Below are positions 26,686 to 39,951 of a DNA stretch of 64,000 nt, piece by piece; the stretch's first letter is position 1; the number at the start of each line of letters is the position of its first letter. The translations under genes were made by a program, and so were the position numbers. The notes beneath the pieces were generated by a model that searched no databases, was not told the DNA's origin, and worked only from the letters and a program-made list of their open reading frames with translations. Origin of the DNA: Adineta vaga (taxonomy: Eukaryota > Animalia > Rotifera); contig CP075494.1 in assembly GCA_021613535.1 (NCBI GenBank), forward strand, positions 248,001 through 312,000, written 5' to 3'.

Positions 26686-26999
26686 TGTGACAATCTAAAT
26701 GATTGTACTCTTTCTCTTCCCTTCTCATATACTACAGTATTCGACCTAGATGTATGATTCCTCTTTCCTCATATATTTCATAGAGCGTGACATTCATATG
26801 AGATGCTTATGATAGTTGAACTCTCATTCTTGACATAGATTATCTTACTCTATGGAATTTGATATTTTTCTGTAGTGTGATACTATATGTACTGAGAACT
26901 AAATTAGGACGAGGGAAATACAGTATAGATACAATTTCTTAGGATGTAATAAAAGAATGCACGTACTACTCATCATTTCTTGAATCAGAAATCGTCATA
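26686..26999 (+). mobile_element. Solo LTR, copy 1
   Basis: TGTGAC...GTCATA ends, AATAAA near the 3' end, flanks ATTTT/CTTTT (4/5 TSD match); homologous to 36106-36486. Confidence 0.6.
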
Positions 27000-27282
27000 C
27001 TTTTATTGTGCAATATTAGTTATTACAAAATATTTAATGATGAAAGAGCTATTCCTAGTAGAACTACTTGTCCGTAGAGTACTTTTGACTATTTGTACTG
27101 GAAAAGGCTCAATGTGTAACACGTCTTATTTCAGATTTTTATGAATATGAGAAGATTTGAGTATCTTATCTTGACAATTCAATTTTCTATAAAACTTCGT
27201 AAATAAGTTATTTGAATTAGAACTGTCAGAATAAGATTCAGTTCAAAGATTCTTTAAAAAAAAACGATAAGATTATTGAATA

Positions 27283-28314
27283 ATGAATTATGATTTTTTT
27301 TCTTTTGGCATTTCAGAACATCTCGAATATTATATTGAAAGTCATTTTTCGATGCCCATTTCTAATTATATTCGTTCATGGATTTTGCTAGTACCTATAT
27401 TTCCTTCCATAATAATCAATATCTTTGCTTTATATCATTTTATCGGTAGTCGAGCACTTCGTACTGCTCTGAACAATCATGTTATAATTGTTCTTCTCAT
27501 TTATACACTTATTGCACAAATTATCTGTATTGCATGGCAAAGTCATTTCTTACGTACTGGAACAGTATTAATATCCACACCTGCTTTCTGTTCTACTTGG
27601 ATATTCACAAGTGGATGGCTATATACCTCAATATATTTTCTTATGGCATGGGCATCAATTGAACGACATATTCTGATTTTTCATTCCAAGTATTTATCAA
27701 CTAAATTTAAGCGACTTTTTTTTCATTATTTTCCTTTAATGTTTTGTATTCTTTGGCCTCTATCATTTTATTCCTTCGTATATATAATTATACCTTGTAA
27801 TGGACCATTTGTGTACAATGTAATCTTTTGTGCTCGTTTTACCTGCCTATCGAATATAAATGGAGCATCATTAATCGAAAACTTTGCTCATCAACTTGGG
27901 ACAACATTTACCACTCTGATATTTAATGTCACACTGTTTATTCGTGTAGTTTATTATCGACAAAATGCTGGTAGAATAGTAGAATGGAGAAAATATAAGA
28001 AGATGGCAGTTCAATTATTCTCAATATGTGGATTATATCTTTGTTTTCAACTTCCAGGAACGACATTGAGTACTGCTTATATACTTGGCATGTCTCAAAG
28101 TATAGCATTTGATATATTCTATGATTGTGTCTTTTTTGCTCTTACAGTTATTCAGTTTATGCCATTAGCATGCGTAATGTCATTACCTAATCTAAGAATG
28201 AAGTGTCAAAGATGTGTTTTATTTTGGCGAACACCATCTGTTGTTGAAACACAAGTACAAACGCAACTTCGTATGAAAATGGCTCGAATAGGGACTGTAG
28301 TTCCCATAGTTTGA
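27283..28314 (+). CDS. Orphan rhodopsin-like 7TM receptor (intronless)
   Basis: Seven hydrophobic segments, MAWASIERHILIF motif. Confidence 0.85.
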   Translation: MNYDFFSFGISEHLEYYIESHFSMPISNYIRSWILLVPIFPSIIINIFALYHFIGSRALRTALNNHVIIVLLIYTLIAQIICIAWQSHFLRTGTVLISTPAFCSTWIFTSGWLYTSIYFLMAWASIERHILIFHSKYLSTKFKRLFFHYFPLMFCILWPLSFYSFVYIIIPCNGPFVYNVIFCARFTCLSNINGASLIENFAHQLGTTFTTLIFNVTLFIRVVYYRQNAGRIVEWRKYKKMAVQLFSICGLYLCFQLPGTTLSTAYILGMSQSIAFDIFYDCVFFALTVIQFMPLACVMSLPNLRMKCQRCVLFWRTPSVVETQVQTQLRMKMARIGTVVPIV

Positions 28315-28470
28315 AAGTTCTTTTTAATGTTAATGAAAAAAGAATTGATATTTATGTTTTAGTATCGTATATTTATTTTTGTTCAAATTGTTTATGTTGT
28401 TTTGTTTTTTTGAATGAATAAAATTGATTTATACATGTATGAAAATTATTTTACTTCTTCATTATAATTA

Positions 28471-29959
28471 TTATCTAATATCCAGTTTTAAATGTGGTCT
28501 AGATTGATGTGCTTGTTCGAGTCGTTCTTTGCCTGTCGGAGAGAAATTACAATAAGATAAATAGAGATAGACCAATGATCGACCATATTTGATCATTTGA
28601 ATAAGAGAATCGATACTTCCATCAGTGAGTAATATGTTCTCATTAAGAGATAAAAATCGAAGAGTTTTATTATGATTTACAATCGCATCAGCTAATATTT
28701 GAACTCCAATATTGCTTATTTTATTTTTACAAAGCCATAGATTCGTTAATGATTTGTTTGTTTTAATCATTTGAACAAGATACTTTACACTTTCATCTGT
28801 GAGATTATTATTTCCAATGTTAAGTTGAATAATTGTTTTGTTATTTATAAGAACATTAACGAGAAAAGAAAGACCTTCATCACCTATTTGATTCCCATGA
28901 AGAATTAATGTTTTCAATGAACAATTATTAATCAATGCTTGAGCTAAAATCCAAATACCAGCTGCTGTAATATTATTTGATGCTAAACTAAGTCCTGGAC
29001 ATCTATTTTTGATAATGGCTTCTCTGACAACAAACTCCATATCTTGATCGGTCACATTTTGACTATCAAGATGTATATTAGTATGACTTCCATATTTTTG
29101 CATTGATCGTTGTAATATCGTATTTTTATATTGATTAGTAATATTATGGATATTTTGATTATTATTATTAATGGTCGATACAGTTTTGTTGTCTATTTCA
29201 ATAGATTAATAGAAGAAAAACAGAATAAAGATCATTTTTCTTACCTGAAGATGATTGTATTTCTTCGAATTGAATTAAATGAAGACCATGACCTTGATTA
29301 AGACAACCATGAACTCTAAATTTTGTGGCAGGAAGAATAAGTATTTCATTTTCCGATGGAAAATATGAATATTTGCTGATATTTTTTCCCGAATAACATT
29401 CAATAGTAAATAATGTTCGTGTACTTGTCATGCCCAAAAACGCATCTGATTGAAGTACATTAATATTATCGGTACACGAAGAAAATCCCCACCATGTAAT
29501 TATTTCATTTGTTTTATAAAGATCACTTAAATCTAATTTTATTCCTCGATATACAAATTTATGTAAATTCGGAAGACGTGATAATGCTGTTAGAAAAAGT
29601 TTCAAATACAAAAACCATGATTTAAGTTGACTTCTATCATTGGATCGTAATGTTTTATTTAAAGAAACATAAAGACATTTATCCATTGGTTGCCAATCCA
29701 TCGTATAAAGCATTATTGATGATGATTCATCCACAGTCAATCCATCAGTTGTTTGATTTTGACATCGTTCTTTAGCAATGAATGCATAATTCTCAATCGC
29801 AGGTAGAAATGAAACAAGTGGTTCAATAGCTATTTCCAAAGGAACAATTGGCATATGTTCATATCCATTAATAGGAGGAAGAATTCTGACTGGCTCTTGA
29901 TTAATATCAGCAAAACGAAGAATACGTTGTGTATTATATTCACTATTGTTTGTTGCCAT
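28471..29959 (-). CDS. NAD:arginine ADP-ribosyltransferase fused to RNI-type leucine-rich repeats; exons 29959-29245, 29192-28471
   Basis: ART R-S-E motifs VYRG, FSSCT, ENE; 52-nt phase 1 GT-AG intron joins in frame to LxxLxLxxNxIxxxG repeats. Confidence 0.88.
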
Positions 29960-30399
29960 AGATCAATAAAAAATCTATAATTGAATAAATAAAATTTTTT
30001 TTATTCCCAAAGAAAAAACGCATTTATGTCCATACTTTTTCTTCGTCACATGTAATGTGCCATGCAGCTGTTTTTTTATAAGACAATTGTATTGCAACAG
30101 AAAAGAAAAAGAAGAGAAAAGGAGAAAAAAAGGCAATAAAGAATGTATTACATTACATTAGAACAAACAATACAGAATATGAGATACAAATGTTTATAAA
30201 AAAAACAAATTTCATCAATTTTCGTTATATATATTACAAGACAAAAGAAACTATGTAATTTATATCATGCAAGTTATAGTCGATGAAATCTTTTTTTGGA
30301 GAAGGGTGTGAGTGTTTTTTGGTCAAAATATGGATTTTTATAATCTTTTTCGCATAGATATTCTAAATATGATCATTTGTGTAAGTATTCACAGAAAAT

Positions 30400-30970
30400 A
30401 ATATTCGATTTATAAATAATTTTTGTTAAAAAAATTGAACAATATATTCTTACAAATATTCTACGACGTATTGCAACGAAACAGATTACAGAATCTTTTC
30501 TAGATCATTTCATCCAAGATATAACACAAAAAAAATTGTTACAATAATTTGGTCAATTCAGATATTTGTATTATTATTTAAATTATTCGTTAAAATAAAT
30601 GAAATTGTTTTTATTTTAGTTTTACAACATTATCTGTTAATCATTTATTACTTCTATGTGGAGTAGATCCTAATAATGTTTTCAATCGAAAAGAAGATCG
30701 ATGATTATATTTCATTGATCAATGTTCAGATATTTTTGTAGTAAAACCTTTCATTGAATTACTTCTTGCTTATGGTGAACATTCTGATGCTACCAATTGT
30801 CTAAGTCAACAACCGAAAAATCTAGCATAAGCACATGATATTAAAGAATTACTTTCAAATAGTCGATATCTTTCACTTAAATGTGAATATGTTCAACTGA
30901 TTATTTGAAAAAAGATAAATTATAAACATTGTTTATCATCAAAACTTATTGCTTTTATTCAAATACATTG
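30400..30970 (+). pseudogene. Ankyrin-repeat (fem-1-like) C-terminal remnant
   Basis: LLLLCGVDPN, IELLLAYGEHSDATN and a SOCS/VHL-box-like LSLKC..QLII, with stops. Confidence 0.4.
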
Positions 30971-31899
30971 AAAATCAGATACAAATTATTTTGTGATTGC
31001 TTTCATAAATTTAGAATAAATTTTCAAGCGGATGTGGGTGTGTGGATGTAGATGAGAGAAGAAAGAACATCGACACCCTCAAATGTATATCTTTTCTGAT
31101 AGAAGAGAAAGTTTTTATCTGAAAACATCAAGTATTAAAAACTAAAGAAAAAGAATTCATTGAAGTTTTTGTATCGATTCAATAGTTATTTATCTAAGTA
31201 TGAAAATGGATAATATTCGTTTATAATTGATTATTTTGAAATTTACAAGATCGTCTTTCGAATGACACTTGAAAATATCTTCATTTTTATCTTGATTATG
31301 ATCTAACACTCATTTGAACTCTCATTGTTTTGATGCTGTAAAATTGTTCAAAGACGACTATAGATGACTATAATATTAATTCGATATTTTTTTTTACAAA
31401 TATATTCAGAACATTTCAATCAAAATTGATCAGATCAATTCAGACAAAGTTTATCATTAATTCTGCCACCTCTTTTCGACTGATGTCAAATATAATTTAA
31501 TTTTTATTAAAATATCAATATCATATAAAAGGAAATTTCTATTTAGTGTAAATATAACAACTATATACTTTTTCAATATATTCATAGTCAAAAAGTCAGT
31601 GATCAATATGTCATTAATTCAATGGGAAAAAATGTCATAATATATGAGTCGATGATATATTTGAGAAGAATGTTCATGGCAATTGATGAATATCCAAAGG
31701 CAGTTAACATCGATTTCTCAAATAAACAAAATCATCATATTAGAAAAAGAAACTATTATGAATGTACATTCAACAATTAAATGTTCATTATCATGTGTAG
31801 TTATGTGAATGCACAGTATGAAAATCTTCAAAAGATCTAGTATAGTTGGTTTCATCGACACCGATAATAAATATATTCAAAAAGAAATATATATGAACT

Positions 31900-32404
31900 C
31901 GAGATAGAGTATTAATATGGCCAAAAACATTAAAATATCTTAAGATCATTTTTACAGATGATAGCGATTGTTTATTAATTCAACAATTAGTCGAAAAATA
32001 ATATTGATTATCGAAGTATTAATATGTATGCAAATATTAAAACATTGTTACTTAAAAGTTGTACAACACCTGATCAAAATTTTAATAGAAGTAATGTAAT
32101 CAATTTGATAGTTTATACTACTTTCGATTCACTAGATTGGGTACATGTCTTGACTAAATTACGACATTTAACTATTGACGATTGTGCAATATTAACAATG
32201 GACAATTCTAACATTTTATTGGATAATACAACGTATTTATGTTCATTAACTGTGAAAAAAAGTATGATGAAATTATTGACAGATAATTCGATGGATATGT
32301 GTATATATTCAACAATATCATTCACCATCACCACCGACTATCGAATGGTTAGAACAACAATATACTCGACTGTGTCATTCAAATTGTATTATTGTGAATG
32401 GTAG
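31900..32404 (+). pseudogene. F-box/LRR-like gene remnant
   Basis: YANIKTLLL, LTKLRHLTI, YLCSLTV LRR-like segments in fragmented frames. Confidence 0.35.
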
Positions 32405-32875
32405 ACGCGACTATTCTTTTTGGTTAGGATAATATCGATCGAAGAACAGAGTGTGGGGGGGGGGTAGTATTCTTATTCACTTTCATCAACATCCTTGTGA
32501 GAAGATACATCAATTATCATAAACAGCTTCTAATTAAAACTTTTCATTTATTGCAATTAAACGAGAATCATGACAGGAAATGTCATTACATGTCTCTCCG
32601 TAAAATAAACTGATGTGTTTTATTTATATACTCTTTAGAAATCTACATATGGACATGCGACATCCGTTTGGAGCGTGTGATATGACAGACAACTCTTTTC
32701 AGTTTTTCTCCGCAGAGTACAAGTCTCTAATTAGTATCTATATACAGCAAATCATACGAAGAGAAATAATCATGTATGTAAATGACATTAAAAAGTACGA
32801 GTTCACAGAGAAAGAAGAAAGATGTTATTTTAACAAAAAGTGATAGATCTATGAGATTCGCAATCTAAATTTGAC

Positions 32876-33911
32876 ATGTCATCGCTCGAATTTACTGAAA
32901 AACTAGTGGCGATCTATTTAGGCATTCCTATTCTTGTCGTCGGTGTGTTGGGTGGATTTTTTACTATCATCGTTTTTCTCAGTCTTCAAACATTTCGACA
33001 AAGTTCATGTGCATTTTACTTGACAAGCATGTCACTTACCAACATCGGTCAATTAGTAACAGGTCTGCTCTCTCGTATTATGATCACTGGTTTCAATATT
33101 GACTGGACGCAAACGTCACTATTCTATTGTAAAATTAGATATTTCATATTTCAAACATGTACACTAATTTCATTAACATGCATTTGTTTGGCGGCCATTG
33201 ATCAATTCTTTATTGCATGTACTCGACCTCGTTGGCAACAATGGAGCAATATTAAAGTGGCTCGTCATCTAACAGCACTACTCAGTTCTGTTTGGTGTCT
33301 ACATGGAATTTTCTATTTAATTTTTCGCAGTCTACTTGAATCACCTCTCACTGGCAAAGTCTCCTGTACAATCATCAATGTGATCTTTGCAGAATATCAC
33401 AAATATATGTTCGCTCTTATTCTCACAGGTTGTCTACCTGTCTTTATTGCAGTTTTATTCGGATTCTTGGCTTATTATAATGTACGGCAACGGACTCATG
33501 AAGCATTACCTTTTGTTCGTCGTGAACTGGACAAGCAATTGTCAGTGATGGTTCTTTTACAAGTGATCATGAGCTTCTTTACTATTTTACCATATGTCAT
33601 CATTACTGCTCTTTCGTACAACACGAGCATAATGAACGATTCAGTCATTGCAGGAAGAATTCAGTTTTGTTCTACGATAGCCACCTTCTTCTACTATTTA
33701 AACTTTGCGGTAGGTGTGAACTGAGTAGACTACACATTACAGTTTGAATTTTTTTTTCATGCTCTCTCTGCATTTTTAGACTCCGTTTTATGCATACGTT
33801 TGTGTATCTGAAAGATTTCGTCGACAATTAATCTTTGTGCTCTACAAGATATATCGAAATCAGCGTCCACAACCAGAAATTGCTCTCAATCAAGTGAGAC
33901 CAGAAACATAA
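32876..33911 (+). CDS. Rhodopsin-like 7TM receptor; exons 32876-33709, 33780-33911
   Basis: FYCKIRY, CLAAIDQF; phase 0 intron joins NFA|TPFYAYVCVSERFRRQL. Confidence 0.87.
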
Positions 33912-34249
33912 AAGAATTTTGATGGACACTAATCACCTTTTTAACAAGACTATCATTTCATTTGATGGATTTAGATCAGTTCTCTCTTATTCACCCACAC
34001 CCTAATATTAAGCTCGAATATATATTTATGAATAAAATGACATAAGCATAAGTGACACAGTGCAAACTTTAATGAAATTATTTTCATTTTCATCAGCATG
34101 AGTAAATTCATTATCATACAAATCGACGAATGTCTTTAATTCAGTTTATGATTCAATACTTGATTGAATGGAACAAAAAGTTAGACGAAGAATTAATCAA
34201 TCTAAAAGAGAAGAAATGATGCCAAAGATCTGTACAATAAATATTTAGA

Positions 34250-35370
34250 AAACCTGAATTTGATTCAATGTCGAATTTTTCTATTCGATGATTGAGTGTA
34301 TCAAAGATATAAAGATTACCACATTTATTGAATAATAGATCACTAGGCGCCCATAGCTGATCTATTTCATTTCCATTACCATTTTCACCAACGACAATAA
34401 TTCCTGTTGTGGCATTTTTCATCCATTTCGTTACACGATGATTCGATTTATCCGCTATATATATCGAATAATCTTTGTTGATAAAGAAAAACATTGTTAT
34501 TTTGAGTTGATCGAAATCATTTCCTGTTGTCTCTCTACCTGAAATGAGAATGCTTTCATTATAAACTTCAATTTTCCATTGTTTAACTTGCTGTTGATGC
34601 CAATTACTGATACTAACATAAAGATATCCATTGTCATCCAGTGCTAAACCATTACAAAGAACTTTCGAGATCATTACTTCTCCATTTGTTTTATTTTTAA
34701 GAGACCATCTAAGTATTCCTTGATTTCCTATATCGCAAATAATAATTGAATCTGTCTTTTAATCAACAATGATATCAGCTGGTTTCCATAATTTTGTTTC
34801 TATAACGCGATTTTTGCTCATTTCAGCAAGATAAATAGTTTCATTATCATCCATATACATAGGATTGAGATCGAAACTGGATTCATCAAAATCAACTTGA
34901 TGGGAAACAGTTATCCGATTCTGTTGTATTAGTAATTATGTCATGTAATGGAACTATAAGAAAGCAAAAGTAAATATTCAATACATAAACTAATCATTAT
35001 GTTCACAAAATTCATCTCATTTTATAGTATATCTCTGTCTGTTATTATTGCTACTGATGCTGTTGTTGTTGTTGTTGTTGCTATGGTACTGGTTTTCATT
35101 TTTCTGTGATGTACAAGAACCGTTGGGACAATGATAATTATCGGAATTAATATGATACAGACTATAATCAGGATACATCTTTCGTAAAGAATATGTTCAC
35201 ATAGGAGATTTTCCATCGATTGATTGATGATTCATTTGAATTACGAACAGGTGTTGGTGACTGAAACTAATGAAAATTATTTTTTTATTAACTTTTCCTT
35301 GCACATATCGTTTTCATACGTTATTGTCAATTTCAATATTTGATATATCGTTCAACTTTATCATGGTTCT
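34250..35370 (-). pseudogene. Type II membrane NHL-repeat gene, disrupted
   Basis: TM segment ILIIVCIILIPIIIIVPTVLV plus Thr stalk upstream; NHL repeats (IYIADKSNHRV, LYIFDTLNHRIEKF); in-frame stop near 34760. Confidence 0.65.
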
Positions 35371-36105
35371 GATGATCTAATAACTGAAATTTAATGTGAA
35401 TTGCAGAGAAAAGAAATCGACGAAGAAGAATAATAGTTGGTTGTGTTCTAGAAAAAGAAAATCATGTTTAGGGAAAGAACATTATTTTATGAAAACATGA
35501 TTGTTATGATAAAAAACGTTTTTGTAACTATGCAAATGGATATGTGTTCAACTGTCAGTTTTTTTGTGAATCATCAGACCTGATTACTATACCAAAATGT
35601 CAGATGGGAATATTTTGAACGTTCTTTTTTTGCAGCAGAAACATTCATTATCTAAAATTTGTTTTGCAGATATATTTTTTATTGAAAACGCTTATTATAA
35701 ATCTTTTGTCTTTAATTTCGACTTGCATGAGAAACAAATCTATTTCGGATAGTAATAAAAAAAATGATCCTATCTATAACATGATCAATATGTATGGTAA
35801 ATTGAGAGGTGAAGGTATGGACGTTATCTTCATCGCAGATGCACATTCTTATTTACATCTACCGTCACTCTCATCCAAATGGGAAGGTGAAAGTCATAAC
35901 TTGCGATCCACAAAAACTGAGTAAAATACCGACAAGCGATTCTCATAGTCAGAGATGTAAGTATTCTTTTCGATATTTTGCCATGTTAACCTGTGTCAAG
36001 AAAGTCTTAGGACAAAATGTCCGTTCGTTTTTCGAGCACATAAAAGCTACTTGTGAGAATTAAAATTAGTTGATAAGAAGCAGAATTTGGGTTCTTTTCA
36101 AATAT

Positions 36106-36486
36106 TGTGACAATCTCAATGATTGTACACTTTCTTTCTGCTTCTCACACACTATGATATTTGTCCTTGAAATATGCTTCTTCCTCTTTCTTCTCCGTTC
36201 TTCTCGTATGTCGATGAGTCAACCGATCATCTTCTATTTTCCTTCTCCCTGGTTGCACCTAGATACTAACCTTCTATCTTGCATATCCATTAGAGAGATA
36301 TCGATACACACATATAACCTGGATTTTACATATTATCTAGAGAATTTGATACTTTTCTGTAGCGTAACACTCTATGTACCAAGGACTATATAAGGACGAG
36401 GGAAATACAGTATAGATACGATTTCTTTGGATGAAATAAAAGAATACACATACTATTTCTCATCTCTAACATCAGAAATCGTCACA
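36106..36486 (+). mobile_element. Solo LTR, copy 2 (381 bp)
   Basis: Inverted termini TGTGAC...GTCACA, internal TATATAA then AATAAA; shares AGGACGAGGGAAATACAGTATAGATAC and other blocks with 26686-26999; no TSD. Confidence 0.65.
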
Positions 36487-38075
36487 ATCCAATTTTTACT
36501 AATGCGTTATCTGTCACCCCTAGTATATACACAAAAAATTTCCATTCAAAATTCTAATTTTGTTCGATTGTTATTAAAAGAAAAAAATATATATGCAATT
36601 TTTCATCGTACCCAAATTTTTCAACAAGAACAGATAAGACAAATTAATGCGTCTATACGTGTCTATATATCTTTTTTTTCAGTCCAGTTGGACAATACAC
36701 ATACTTTAACATATCTAAGAGACGTTTGCGAATTATTTAAAACTATTTTTCTTCATATATAAATTTGTAAAAAAGGATGAAAACTACAAGAAAAGAACAT
36801 TCAAACGAATTTCGAGAAAAGGTTGTAGAACATTTCTTAAACGGCGATTCCGAACCCGATATAGCTACACATATGATATGTTCAAGAAATACAGTTCATT
36901 CCATAATTGTAAAATATAAAAAACCAAATGCATTGGAAATATTTTGGGCCGTGGACGAAAACGAAAAACAACAGCACGTGTTGACAAAGCCATCCAGCGC
37001 AAAATTAAAGCAGATCGTCGAAAATCAGAACGAATTGTACGGCAGGAAATCGAGACAGAACTTGGTGTAGTAATATACAATCAAACGGTCCGCCGTCGTC
37101 TTCATGAAATTGGGTTATATGATCGTGTTGCACGAAAAAAGCCATACGTGAATAAGTCCAATCGACTTAAACCTTTAAAATATGTCAAAATGTATCAAGA
37201 CAATGGTATGGAATTCTGGGAACGTGTGTTATGGACTGACAAATCGAAATTCAATATGTTCGGAAGCGATAGAAAGGTTATGGTATGGAGAACACCAAAA
37301 GAAGAATATCATCCATAATGTACAGTACCAACGGTAAAACATGCAGGAGGAAATGTCAAAGTTTGTGGCTGTTTTGCCTGGAATGGAGTGGGAAATCTAG
37401 CTTTTATTGACGGTAATATGACGGGAGAAATGTACAAGGACATCCTGGAAAAGAACTTGGTTGAATCTGCTACAAAATTGAATTTGCATAATCAAATGGT
37501 ATTCCAACAGGATAATGATCCGAAGCACACATCTCGTGTTGTGAAGAATTGGATCAATAATCAAGGATTTGAATGCTTGTTTTGGGCATCTTTTTCACCG
37601 GATATGAATCCAATTGAACATCTTTGGGATGAACCTGAACGTCGAATGCAGAAACATCAACCAAAGAACGAAGATCAATTGCGACAAACATTATTGGCTG
37701 AATGGGAAGGGATTGAATTGGCTGTAACGAAGAAGTTGGTTGAATCGGTACCAAATCGTTTATATGAATGTTCTCGTATGAAAGGACATCCAACAAAATA
37801 CTAAGACTTCGACGAAGTGTTTATGTATATACGAAAAAAATCACCAAAGTTTACTTGTTGAACAATTTTGGTACAATAAAAAATTGTATATGTATTTTTT
37901 TCTTTTAATAATAATCGAACAAAATTAGAATTTTGAATGGAAATTTTTGTGTATATACTAGGGGTGATAGATAACGTATTAGTGAAAATTGGATGACTTT
38001 GCTTCACTTTGCTATGAAAATATAGATGAAACAAAAAAGTTGAACTTGCTTGTTGATCAACTTTGGTACCCACTG
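36487..38075 (+). mobile_element. Tc1-like element with long TIRs; left TIR truncated
   Basis: 36487-~36630 is the inverted match of ~37854-37994; right arm continues to CACTG|TA at 38071-38077. Confidence 0.88.
36777..37804 (+). pseudogene. Tc1 (D,D34E) transposase with frameshift near 36945 and stop at 37316-37318
   Basis: GRGRKRKTT, ARKKP, VLWTDKSKF, QQDNDPKHTS, SPDMNPIEHLW, GHPTKY. Confidence 0.92.
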
Positions 38076-38759
38076 TAATTTATAGTATCTTAAGAATATT
38101 TTTTTTCATGGAAAGATCGAAAATTTACAGTTAAATTCCATACTTTTGGTTGATTTTAATAACTTTATTATTTCAGATAGAAATTCATACGTTTCTCAAG
38201 TTTAATATCCTCAAGGTAATGATACTGCATACAAAGAAAGTACACTGATTTTGCCACATGCTCAAACAATCAACAGAAATATTTTTTTCTCTTTCATTTC
38301 TTGCTTTATTTTCTATACAGTATTTTTAACAATGTCAATGAAAATATTACATAAATTGAAAATCTTCCTAATGAACTTATTTATGAAATCTTTCGATATC
38401 TCGATTATTTTCATGTTGATTAGAGCTTTTGCCAATGTTAATTATGTGTGAAGTGAATGATATTTTGTCCTTACATCGTTATATACTTTGTTTTTGTAAT
38501 TCTTTTCTCTCACATCATTTCTCTTATCGATAAATAATAGAATGCGTACTGTCATTAATACAAGTTTAGAAATGGAATTGTCGTCTTGATATTAAACACA
38601 ACTTATCCAGTTTCTTGTAGAATACAGAGTAAATTATCCATCGTATATGTATGTGAAATCAGTATGAGATGAGAGATTTATTAGGGGTGTGAGTGTGGAT
38701 GAAGTTTAACATCCTTACACCCATACTCACACCCTACTGAGGTGGAGTAGCAAGTCTTC

Positions 38760-39240
38760 TAACTTATAAGTCATGATTTTATTGACCATTCTTATTCGTC
38801 CTGCTATAATTATTGATTCTGAAGCAATAAGTTGATTTCTTACTTGATTTATTTTATAAAATCCATTTATATAAGTACCACATAAAGCATCACTAAGAAA
38901 GAAGACTCAATTATTAAGAACATCAGGACTGTAAGTATAACAAACAAGTAGAAGTGTTTTTTGTTCATCGAGTGATAAAAGAAACCAACGTTTATAATTT
39001 GTAAAACGTTGAATATTAGAATCATTAGCACAATCAATGGCAAAACATACAGATTTTAAATAATACATTAAATGTGCAACATCATTATCTGGAATTGTTG
39101 CTACTTCACCTATTTGTTCGAGTTCAATTGCATTTCTTTGACGAAAAAAAACAGTCATTTGAAACTTTTATTAAAATATCGAAACGATTATTTATATTTT
39201 TTATTTCGAACGAAATTCTCTAAAATTGTGTTTTTTCCAA
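38760..39240 (-). pseudogene. Fragmented unknown protein of a lineage-specific family
   Basis: Protein-like ORF 38907-39158 (IGEVATIPDNDVAHLMYYL..YSPDVL) continuing past a stop. Confidence 0.35.
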
Positions 39241-39951
39241 CTTGTTTCATAAAGTATATGATTTCACATTTATTTAACAATTTTAGCTTTAAAATCAATA
39301 GAAAAGTAAAGATATTTTGCAGTTGATTATGACAAACAAATAAGATTTTTCACTTTTTTTTTATCGAATTTAAGAGATGAATTTATCAAGAAGAATGAAT
39401 AACTTAGTCTATACCTTAGAAACAGTGAACATATAGATAAATATTTACAAAGAAACAACACACACACACACTTTAAGGCCATGTTTTTTCTTGTTTTAAT
39501 CATTTATCTAGAGAGTGTAACGTGTCATTAGACAGAATGGACTAAATCTCGAAAGAAAAAAAAGCAGAAAAGAATAATATTAAAAATCTTTGTCATTTCT
39601 GTCTAATATAATTCATTAAGATTTTTCATACGATCTTTTATGTAATTCTTCTTTTTTGAAAATTAAATGAATATTTTCTTAGATATTTTTCAGTCGTATC
39701 TTTTATGATTATTTAATTCATTTCAAGGTCAACAAAGTCGTCACAAAGATTAGACAGAACGCAAACGAATACTATCATATATGTATATATTTAAACCTAT
39801 TTCTTTTCGATTTATAAGTACATTTCATCTTCTCTCTTTCGATATTATAGTCCATTCGGTCTATTGACGACCGACCAAATGAATGAACTATTTGGACGAA
39901 AAATTCAGTATAAAATGAAAAGTATTTGATCTCGAATTTTATTCGAAAATC

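Noticed and set aside
36427-36762. ORFs sharing KISIQNSNFVRLLLKEKN (also 37801-38073)
   Set aside because: Translation of the Tc1 inverted repeats
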